Below the pieces are notes generated by a model, which was not told the origin of the DNA, did no database searches, and saw only the letters and a list, made by a program, of their open reading frames with translations. Shown one piece after another: positions 10,475 through 18,254 of a DNA stretch of 64,000 nt (the first letter of the stretch is position 1; each line of letters begins with the position of its first letter). Location: positions 38,709 through 102,708 of the forward strand of contig JAHDBA010000005.1 in NCBI GenBank assembly GCA_020630615.1, given 5' to 3'. The stretch is from Myxococcota bacterium (lineage in GTDB: Bacteria > Myxococcota > UBA727 > JAHDBA01). The position numbers and the translations under genes are program-made.

Positions 10475-10915
10475 CTAACGAATGGTCGCATTTGCATTTC
10501 GTGAGCGCAAAAGCACACGTACTTTTGAGTTCGCCCGAGCAATCCCTGGCATTTCATAGCGTCCTTCAACGCGCGGTTGTAGGCCAAAGTCCTCATAATT
10601 CGTTCGGTCCAGTAGTGCTCCATTCGCGTCTAAGACTTCAAGGGCAATTTGGAATCCCGATTGGTAGCCCGTACGGTTGTAGAGCAGGACCTGAATAACA
10701 CCGCCGTCACGTTGCTCAATATCAACACGACGAACGTCGACCTCAGAGCACACTGTACCTTCACCACAGTAGACTTCGCCCCAATCAGCAGATATTGTGG
10801 TCGCGTTATCAATGGCTTTTTGAAGCCCCGTTTCTCCGCGGCGCATTTGAGCACAACCACTGCTCATCAAGAGGCCGAGACTTAGAAGTAAATATAGTTT
10901 ATTGCCTTTCATCAT
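10475..10915 (-). CDS. Small lipoprotein, YcfL-like (DUF1425-like)
   Basis: Lipobox LLMSSGCAQ when started at the internal MMKGNKLY, which removes the overlap with the upstream gene. Same size and position as E. coli ycfL, which sits next to lpoB. Confidence 0.4.
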   Translation of the reverse strand: MMKGNKLYLLLSLGLLMSSGCAQMRRGETGLQKAIDNATTISADWGEVYCGEGTVCSEVDVRRVDIEQRDGGVIQVLLYNRTGYQSGFQIALEVLDANGALLDRTNYEDFGLQPRVEGRYEMPGIARANSKVRVLLRSRNANATIR

Positions 10916-10952
10916 AATTCCTTTACGTAGATCACCCTCAAATTGACTAGTC

Positions 10953-11582
10953 TTACTGGTAAACAACATCGGTATCCGCTGCCTTTTTAGTTTCATAATC
11001 GCCAGCCCACATCAATATACCGTTTTCGGCGTTAACCAACTGAAAAGAGTAAAGAATATAGTCGCTTACGCCACCTTGAGCAGCTTTTGAGAGGGCTCGC
11101 ATCTCCCCCTTTAAGAAGTAATCCGCACCGGCGAGGGCCTGGGTTGTGTTTCCACTATCATAAATGCCACTTCGCTTTTTCTCTCGTTCCGCGAAAACTT
11201 CAGCTTCAGTATCACGTGCGATAAACTGAACCCGCCCCATTGCACTATTCACCAAATTTTTCGTCAGTTTATTCTGAATGATTTTCGGATCAATTCTAAA
11301 ACGGGTTTGATTGTTGAGTGGTAAAACCGCGATCCGAGGTACTGCACCAGAATCCGGCCACTGGATACCAACTATTTCTCGGCTCATCCGTTGTGCAATA
11401 CTTCGAATATCTTGTGACTCCGTTCCAGTTCCGCCAAGATTATCGTCAGCATCCGGATCTAAAATCCGTGTGCTGGGTTGCTGCTCAGTCGTGTGCCTGC
11501 AGCCAATTAAAAGTAAAACTGCACCTAAGCAAGAGGTTAAAATAAGCCCAAAGTCTTTATACAATCCGTGTCGTGTCACCAT
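10953..11582 (-). CDS. lpoB: Penicillin-binding protein activator LpoB-like lipoprotein
   Basis: Lipobox LLLIGCRH. The segments IAVLPLNNQTRFRIDPKIIQNKLTKNLVNS and GADYFLKGEMR..YILYSFQLVNAENGILMWAGD align with the E. coli LpoB C-terminal domain (VLLVDSVNNRTNGSLN.., HYVLYSS..LQMQLMLVQTGEIIWSG). Length 209 aa. Confidence 0.55.
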   Translation of the reverse strand: MVTRHGLYKDFGLILTSCLGAVLLLIGCRHTTEQQPSTRILDPDADDNLGGTGTESQDIRSIAQRMSREIVGIQWPDSGAVPRIAVLPLNNQTRFRIDPKIIQNKLTKNLVNSAMGRVQFIARDTEAEVFAEREKKRSGIYDSGNTTQALAGADYFLKGEMRALSKAAQGGVSDYILYSFQLVNAENGILMWAGDYETKKAADTDVVYQ

Positions 11583-11805
11583 ATTCTCTCCATTTGATTG
11601 CTGTCACATCGTTGAGACGTTCCCATGAACGGTATATTCACAGCAATAATCCAAGTTCTGAGTAAAATACCAAAAAAAAGTTGGAAGAATTCTTCAAATT
11701 CCGGGAATTGAGGGTGAGAAACAAAAGAGCATAAATTAGTTTGCTCAGCTGTCACCCTTTCTATAGGGTCTGATCTGGATCTGTCTGTCAAGCCCGGGGA
11801 ATTTT

Positions 11806-14800
11806 ATGATCAATATAAAACATACTTTTGTAGGAAAATCGAGTCGAATAGAGTTCGTCTTACCACTCTTCCTTTCAATCGTATTTTTTGCGCCCATTTC
11901 GTTTGCTCAGTTTGCAGAGGGGCCCACTGGAATTACAATTCCTGATTCGTGCACAGATATCGATTCTTGGTGTCCGAACAGTGCGAATTGTACAGATCAC
12001 GACATGAGTGTTGATGGCAACCCTTTGACGATCACAGGCGGTGGTGGGATTGGCCAGTGTCATTGTGTTCTCGGAACTTCGGGTAGCGATAGTTTACAGA
12101 TTGATAATCCGCCAAATGCGGTTGATATCTATGTATGTTTCAACGCAGGAATCGATGTTAACTCGCTAATTAATGGTACAAGCCCGAGCGATATCACATG
12201 GCATATCAATGGTGGAGCTGGCGACGATGCATTAAGTGGATCGAACAATAACGACTTCATTGATGGTGCAGCAGGCGATGATGTCATCAATGGTGGAAAC
12301 GGAGACGATCAGATCACCGGCGGCGATGATAACGACGAGATTTATGGTGGAGACGGCAATGACTTCCTCGAAGGCAACGATGGGTCGGACACAATAGACG
12401 GTCAAGCTGGAGATGATGTTGTTTTGGGTGGACCGGGTAACGATGGAGATGTTTCGAATTGTGATCACAACCAAACCGTTCCTCCAGCAGGTCTCTTTGG
12501 TGGGCCAGGTACTGACAGTGTTCAAGGTGGTGATGGTGATGATTGTATCTTCCTTGGTGATGGTAATGAGAACTTTTACAATAATGTTCAAGGGAACCAA
12601 GGTGGCGGCTACGGCGGTGCTGGTAACGACGTTATTTATGGCGGTAGTGGCAACGATACGGTTGATGGTCAGTCTGGCAATGACATTGTAAACGGTGGTC
12701 CGGGCAATGATCTTGTTGGTGGCGGGACAGGTAACGATCATGTGAACGGCAATGAGGGGGTCGACACAGTGAATGGTAGTGGTGGCACCGATGAGTGTGT
12801 CGATATGGGTGATGGTGATCCCGACTACAGTTCAGAAGGATTTGGGGGCTGTGAACAGTTCACTTATGCGTCGATTGATAAGGTTAGATTGAAAGACCAA
12901 AATGGATCAATGCTGCTAGAATGGTCAACAGCCTCAGAAGCTTCAACTCTTGGTTTCAAAGTTATTGGGTATGATGCTTTGAATCGTGCACATTTAATTA
13001 CGGAATTTGTCCCTGCAATCCCAAATGGTGGTGGGGGCTCGGATTATCAAATCCATCTAACGGACAGATATGAGCGAATTGATATTCAGGAAATAGGTCA
13101 AAACAACTTTGGGAACAGGTTTTCTCTCAAGGTTCAAGAGCTTCAGCAAAACAATCGTGCGACAAAGGTTTACCAATCCTCTTCAATAAGTTCTGCTCGT
13201 CTCCAACCTGTCAAACATGAAAGAGTCATTGATGCGCTCGATAATCTTTCCCCGATTCATGAGGCCATTGTCGAGGTCAGCAATGAAGGGTGGATATCGA
13301 TATCGCCTTCAACTTTAGCACCGATTATGGGGTATAGCATTGAAGAAATTCAAAGAGCTGCGGTGGAAGGAAATCTACGAATAACTCTTAATGGTGAGTC
13401 GGTTGCTTACCGTGCGATTCCATCAACGGGGATCGAATTTTATGCAAGGAAACCGTCTTCTCTTTATCAAAACTATGATGCCTATCGAGTGGAGTTGCAG
13501 GAAGGGCGAAAGCTTGTTGATGGTGAATGGTTTGAGCTTAGTGCTACGAATACGATAGCGACCATGTCGGTGAATGAAAAATTTGAAGTCAATAATTTTG
13601 CAGGGACAGCGATCGCAAACTCCGCGAATCAGGATTATTGGTATTGGGCAGCAATCGCACGATCAGCGTCTGTTCCAGACTTTGAAACCGAACTTACCCT
13701 AACGCAGGATCCAACATCATCGGTTGCTCTCAATATTCTATTACGTGGTGCATCGGTTGCCTTGCACACCCGTCATCAGGTTGATGCTTATGTTGATGGT
13801 GTTTTGTTAAAAACTTTGACTTTCTCAGAAAAAGAAAGTGGCATTTTAGAGTTCGATGTTCCAAGAGAACTCATTCACGATAAGAAAGTTCATTTGAGTC
13901 TGCGCATGAGCACTTCCGCGAGTGCACAAAGCGTCGTCTATATTGATCGAATAAAAGCTAACTTTTCAAGTGCTGAGAACCTAGCTGCAGATGTCGTGCA
14001 TGGCACGGACGGTCATCACACCTTAAGTGTGACTGAAGGGGTTGCAGGTCGTATTGTTTCCGCAAGTGGAAACTATTTTGAAATTGGAGCAGACTCCACT
14101 CAACGAAGTATTCAACTTTCGGAATCTTTTGTCTGGTTGCCACTGAAAAAATCTATTGCTCAGTTTCGAGTGCGTCCTCGTCGCGTTGTTAATATTAGTA
14201 ATAGTGTTGAGCATCTAGTTGTAACGAAACGTGCTTTGGCGATAGAGGCCAATCAGCTCGCAGCGCATCGATCGCGTTCAGGGTTTCGTAGTCAAGTTGT
14301 CTATTTTGATGACATTGCGGACACCTTTGGTGCTTCTCAGAACGATCCCCGTGTAATCCATCGCTTGATTCGTGAACTGTCAGAGTCTTTAAAATACGTC
14401 GTCCTCTTTGGTAGTGGTAATTTTGACTACAAGAACCACTATGGTTTGGGTGCAGGTCATTTACCCCCAATGATGATTTCTTCGAGTGATGGAGGAATCG
14501 TTGTGAGTGATCAGCTTCTTGGTGATACGGATGGTGATCTTGAAATGGACGTTGCGATTGGTCGAATCCCAGTTGAAACGAAGGACGAGGCCCAAACCTA
14601 CATTACGAGTTTGATTGAATATGAAGAGAACCTAGCAAGCCGCAGTTATGGACCGATCGAACTTCTTGCAGATGCACACCGTGATTCGATTTCAGATTTT
14701 GACCGTGATATTGATGCCTTCTCCAGCCAAGTCAACGTTGATATTGATGTGGAGCAAATGTCAGTTGACAGCGTGTCAAGTCCCGAAGAGCTTTCGGACA

Positions 14801-15534
14801 TGCTTCAGGAAATGCTTCAAGAGAATCCAAGAGCCTTTGTCTACGCCGGACACGGTGGTATCGATCGTATCACAAAATCTGGGTGGCTATCACCAGAGCT
14901 GATGACTGAACTCCGCTCTCAAATGTCTTCTCCTCTACCCTTTGCGAGTTTGATGACGTGTCATGCGGGTTCTTTTGCGCATCCACGTGTGCGCGGCTTT
15001 GCCGAGGCGCACATGTTGGGTGAGAATCCATTTGCACTTGCGTGGATTTCTGCAGGTGCTGCAACGATTGATGTTGATAATCGTATTTTGGGTCAGGCAA
15101 TTATGAGGGAAGCAGGTTCAAATCTTGGAAACGCTCGGATTGGAGATTTAATGCGTTCAGCATTAGCGAGCACGATTGAGCGGGATGAAGAGCTTCGACA
15201 TAACCATCTTGCGTATAATCTTTTGGGTGATCCTGCGATGCTTCTGCCTCGGCGTCATGCGGGCAATACTTTGAATGCCTATGAAGCAAGAGAAATCCCA
15301 AGTGCAGGAGTGAGAGTTGACTCATTGTTGAGTGAACATAGTGTTGTGACGAACACCAATACGTTTGGTAACTTTGATGAGAAACTACACACATCAACGA
15401 TGAGTCAAGGCGTGGATCGAGGTTGTGCCACATCGTCATCCTCGCCATTTCTAACCTTGTTTGGATTTGCGCTTATCCTGTGGCGGCGTAATGCATGGCA
15501 GAATCAAAACGAATCGATAAAGCATTTTAAATAA
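11806..15534 (+). CDS. Secreted RTX-repeat / gingipain(C25)-like cysteine peptidase with C-terminal sorting-type tail
   Basis: N-terminal TM/signal. About 20 GGxGxDxUx nonapeptides (GGAGDDVINGGNGDDQITGGDDNDEIYGGDGND...) at nt ~12200-12800. C25-like block: DVAIGRIPVETKDEAQTYITSLIEYEE, then His in VYAGHGG and Cys in LMTCHAGSF at clan-CD dyad spacing. The C-terminus is GCATSSSSPFLTLFGFALILWRR. Confidence 0.6.
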   Translation: MINIKHTFVGKSSRIEFVLPLFLSIVFFAPISFAQFAEGPTGITIPDSCTDIDSWCPNSANCTDHDMSVDGNPLTITGGGGIGQCHCVLGTSGSDSLQIDNPPNAVDIYVCFNAGIDVNSLINGTSPSDITWHINGGAGDDALSGSNNNDFIDGAAGDDVINGGNGDDQITGGDDNDEIYGGDGNDFLEGNDGSDTIDGQAGDDVVLGGPGNDGDVSNCDHNQTVPPAGLFGGPGTDSVQGGDGDDCIFLGDGNENFYNNVQGNQGGGYGGAGNDVIYGGSGNDTVDGQSGNDIVNGGPGNDLVGGGTGNDHVNGNEGVDTVNGSGGTDECVDMGDGDPDYSSEGFGGCEQFTYASIDKVRLKDQNGSMLLEWSTASEASTLGFKVIGYDALNRAHLITEFVPAIPNGGGGSDYQIHLTDRYERIDIQEIGQNNFGNRFSLKVQELQQNNRATKVYQSSSISSARLQPVKHERVIDALDNLSPIHEAIVEVSNEGWISISPSTLAPIMGYSIEEIQRAAVEGNLRITLNGESVAYRAIPSTGIEFYARKPSSLYQNYDAYRVELQEGRKLVDGEWFELSATNTIATMSVNEKFEVNNFAGTAIANSANQDYWYWAAIARSASVPDFETELTLTQDPTSSVALNILLRGASVALHTRHQVDAYVDGVLLKTLTFSEKESGILEFDVPRELIHDKKVHLSLRMSTSASAQSVVYIDRIKANFSSAENLAADVVHGTDGHHTLSVTEGVAGRIVSASGNYFEIGADSTQRSIQLSESFVWLPLKKSIAQFRVRPRRVVNISNSVEHLVVTKRALAIEANQLAAHRSRSGFRSQVVYFDDIADTFGASQNDPRVIHRLIRELSESLKYVVLFGSGNFDYKNHYGLGAGHLPPMMISSSDGGIVVSDQLLGDTDGDLEMDVAIGRIPVETKDEAQTYITSLIEYEENLASRSYGPIELLADAHRDSISDFDRDIDAFSSQVNVDIDVEQMSVDSVSSPEELSDMLQEMLQENPRAFVYAGHGGIDRITKSGWLSPELMTELRSQMSSPLPFASLMTCHAGSFAHPRVRGFAEAHMLGENPFALAWISAGAATIDVDNRILGQAIMREAGSNLGNARIGDLMRSALASTIERDEELRHNHLAYNLLGDPAMLLPRRHAGNTLNAYEAREIPSAGVRVDSLLSEHSVVTNTNTFGNFDEKLHTSTMSQGVDRGCATSSSSPFLTLFGFALILWRRNAWQNQNESIKHFK

Positions 15535-15538
15535 AGCA

Positions 15539-15567
15539 AAGGGAGCATCAAGCTCCCTTGCATTTTA
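15539..15567. terminator. Bidirectional rho-independent terminator between convergent genes
   Basis: AAGGGAGC-atcaa-GCTCCCTT 8-bp stem followed by GCATTTTA. The opposite strand has a TTTGCTTTATTT tail. Confidence 0.55.
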
Positions 15568-15604
15568 GGCCAAATAGACTTTGCATATTCGATATGAAGA
15601 TGAT

Positions 15605-16771
15605 TCATTCACACTGACTTCGTTCACACATTTTTTCTGCGCGCTCCCGAGAACTCTTTTCATAACTCCGAGTGCGATAAGGCTCTCTCAAGAGTTGGTG
15701 CCAAGTGCCAAACATATCATAAATAAATTCTCTCACCTGTGCGTCATCAAAACTCATGCTTTCCGTATAATAGCCCATCGCGTTGTCTTGGTTACCAATC
15801 CAAAAGTTTTCAATATGTCCTAGGCCGAGAACGTGCCCAAGTTCATGTGCATGGGTTTGAGAGTTCTCCCAATGTTTGGCTTCGATAAGATAAGCTCCAA
15901 GATCATACGAGCCCATTCCAGCGGGGTCGAGTGTTGTTCTGCCGGGGATTTCCTCACTCGCGCGTTCAGGGATATTTTCAACCATCAATCCTATTATCGC
16001 TCCCTCTGGGACTTGATCGATTGATGAAACATGACGAGTTTTCACTCGAGTTTTGACATCGGCGCTCACATTCGCGTCTTCGCCGTATCGCCCTTCGGCC
16101 AATGCAACGATTTCCCCAAAGGCATTCACGTTGAAAAAACGGCCGCCTTCTTCACTAAGTGGCCAGATTGAAATATCGTTCACTGAAAACTCATCACGAA
16201 TTTCAGAGCTTGGAAAGAAATCCGTCTGTCTTGGCCCCACAACATAAACATCGATACTTGCTTCAATGTTCATATGAATCTTTCCTGTAAGTGGGTTGGT
16301 ACGTAGTTCCGTCACAAAAGCTCTGGGTTTATGACGATCCTGTTCACAAATGTTCGGGGCTTCAATTTGAAATGTAACTTCGTCTCCCGTGTAGACCGCA
16401 ACACAATTCCGACCACCCATCAGTGGATGTGTTTCTTCACAATCAATAAGATAAGAAATATCAGGCAGGAGTGCATCATATTCTTGAATCAACTTGCCAA
16501 GTGCGCTCGCTGCAATCTTTTCAGTGCTTGAGCTAGCGACTTCGATGGTGTTCTCAATGTTACAGGCCTCATTCAACCCCTTCACCTTCAACCCGCTCAA
16601 CTTATCCCACCGAACAACATAAGCCTGCATGTCATGATTCGAGTAGCTTTGAATAACACCAATCTGTTGCGCTTCCTGGAGTGCCTCCCTCTGTTCTTGC
16701 TCACTGCCGTTCACAAGACGATCAAAAAGGACCTGCCAACGTTGGGTGGTTTGGGTGTCGATGCGTGCCAT
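15605..16771 (-). CDS. Metzincin-type zinc metalloprotease (HExxHxxGxxH)
   Basis: HELGHVLGLGH zinc-binding consensus followed by a Met-turn-like NAMGYY. No obvious signal peptide at the annotated N-terminus. Confidence 0.6.
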   Translation of the reverse strand: MARIDTQTTQRWQVLFDRLVNGSEQEQREALQEAQQIGVIQSYSNHDMQAYVVRWDKLSGLKVKGLNEACNIENTIEVASSSTEKIAASALGKLIQEYDALLPDISYLIDCEETHPLMGGRNCVAVYTGDEVTFQIEAPNICEQDRHKPRAFVTELRTNPLTGKIHMNIEASIDVYVVGPRQTDFFPSSEIRDEFSVNDISIWPLSEEGGRFFNVNAFGEIVALAEGRYGEDANVSADVKTRVKTRHVSSIDQVPEGAIIGLMVENIPERASEEIPGRTTLDPAGMGSYDLGAYLIEAKHWENSQTHAHELGHVLGLGHIENFWIGNQDNAMGYYTESMSFDDAQVREFIYDMFGTWHQLLREPYRTRSYEKSSRERAEKMCERSQCE

Positions 16772-16836
16772 ACTCTAGTGTATTCTATCGCTCACCCATA
16801 GAACGACTCCGTTCCAAAGTGTTTCGAAGTGAAGCA

Positions 16837-16921
16837 CTTGTGAGAGGAGCTCAAATCACAATTACTTTTTGGAAATCTACTTGAGCTTCTTGTGATTTTC
16901 CGTGATGCTACAAATTCACAT
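16837..16921 (+). promoter_or_regulatory. Candidate operator/promoter region upstream of clpP with TTGTGA...TCACA inverted repeats
   Basis: TTGTGA(16838)-N12-TCACAA(16861) and TTGTGA(16889)...TCACA(16920). A further TTGTGA lies just upstream of the lon start at 22785. Confidence 0.2.
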
Positions 16922-16931
16922 GAGGTAATGT

Positions 16932-17513
16932 ATGAGTTATGCACCATGGGTCTTTGAACAAACTCCACGAGGAGAACAGCAGTACGATATCTGGTCAAGA
17001 TTGCTTAAAGATCGAATTATGTTTTTGGGCACTGCTATCGATGATTCTGTTGCCAACATGGTTGTTGCGCAGCTCTTGTATTTAGAGGCGGATGATCCTG
17101 ACAAGGATATTACTCTCTATATCAATAGCCCAGGCGGCTCTGTAACTGCTGGGCTTGCCATTTATGATGCGATTCAATACGTGAGACCGAAGGTTGCGAC
17201 TGTTTGTGTTGGCCAATGTGCATCGATGGGTGCAGTCCTTTTGGCAAGTGGCGAAAAGGGAAAACGTTACATTCTACCTCATAGTCGAGTGATGATTCAT
17301 CAACCTCATGGTGGAGCCGGCGGAACCGCGATCGACATCGAGATTCAAGCCAATGAGATTCTTAAGTTGAAAGGTTTTCTGAACAGCATTATTCACCAAC
17401 ATACCGGCCAATCCCTATCGAGAGTTGAAGAAGACAGCGATCGCGACTTCTACATGAGCGCTCAAGAAGCTGTTGATTATGGAATTGTTGATGAGATCAT
17501 CGAGAGACGCTAG
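16932..17513 (+). CDS. clpP: ATP-dependent Clp protease proteolytic subunit
   Basis: Canonical ClpP sequence: [12 protein letters not shown], catalytic Ser in [13 protein letters not shown], and HQPHGG. Confidence 0.95.
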   Translation: MSYAPWVFEQTPRGEQQYDIWSRLLKDRIMFLGTAIDDSVANMVVAQLLYLEADDPDKDITLYINSPGGSVTAGLAIYDAIQYVRPKVATVCVGQCASMGAVLLASGEKGKRYILPHSRVMIHQPHGGAGGTAIDIEIQANEILKLKGFLNSIIHQHTGQSLSRVEEDSDRDFYMSAQEAVDYGIVDEIIERR

Positions 17514-17551
17514 ATTCGTTTAGTATTCTTGACAGCTGGATAGAGGTAAAT

Positions 17552-18121
17552 ATGGCGTTCACATGGTTCAAGCGACTTTTCAGAGCTCAAGTATTGGGTG
17601 CACTCCAGAAAGGCCATCTGAAGGTGGTGGTGGACCCTAAAAAATATAAGTTGATCGAATATAAAATCACAGGTTCATGGTCCACCGAAGAACTTCAAAA
17701 TGCTGCATATCAAACATTTTTCCAGCTTAGTGAGCGATCTCGGCCTTATCGTTTGGAGCGTTTAGAAAGCATCAAACAAGGAGCCCGAGAATCGGCGTCT
17801 TTTACGGATGTGTTATTTAAACGGCGACAAAAATGGGTAGAACAGGCTGAAATGAATCTGCCCTCTGAAGAATTTCGTGGGCAAGCCGCACGCGGGAGTG
17901 TTCAGGTTTGGGTGAACGGAAATATGGACTTTCTACGGTGCAGTGTTGATGACATGGATCCAGAAGCAGTTTTACCCCTGGTACGCCACGCGCTTATCGC
18001 AGCCGAGAATCAATGTGAAGATCGATGGCGGCAGGTAATGCTCGAAGGTATGGACACTGACTACATGCTTGAAGGTCATGTCGAAGACCCCAGTGCTGCT
18101 ATCAATGAAGTGTCGGCTTAA
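17552..18121 (+). CDS. Hypothetical protein (189 aa)
   Basis: ORF with GAGGT RBS. No recognisable motifs. Located between clpP and the Cys-repeat giant. Confidence 0.45.
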   Translation: MAFTWFKRLFRAQVLGALQKGHLKVVVDPKKYKLIEYKITGSWSTEELQNAAYQTFFQLSERSRPYRLERLESIKQGARESASFTDVLFKRRQKWVEQAEMNLPSEEFRGQAARGSVQVWVNGNMDFLRCSVDDMDPEAVLPLVRHALIAAENQCEDRWRQVMLEGMDTDYMLEGHVEDPSAAINEVSA

Positions 18122-18254
18122 TTAAAAGTCTATAGAAATCAGCTGCATTCATCTTTATTCTCGATGAGAAGGGCTAAAAACATGCGTTCGTAATCAGACT
18201 TCGCTACTCTAAACATATGATACAAAATCATGCTGTCCAGAGTAGGTGTATGCG

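Noticed and set aside
10475-10996. Full-length 173-aa version of the YcfL-like ORF
   Set aside because: It would overlap the LpoB-like gene by 44 nt and lacks a signal. The internal MMKGNK start gives a clean lipoprotein signal and removes the overlap.
12232-12741. 169-aa minus-strand ORF inside the RTX-repeat region
   Set aside because: It is the antisense frame of GGxGxD repeats, translating to I/V/T-rich low complexity. It is embedded in the 1242-aa + strand gene.
16837-16921. CRP/FNR-type site interpretation of TGTGA...TCACA upstream of clpP
   Set aside because: The spacing between half-sites is 12 and ~21 nt, not the 6 nt required for CRP-family dimers. It is kept only as a generic dyad.
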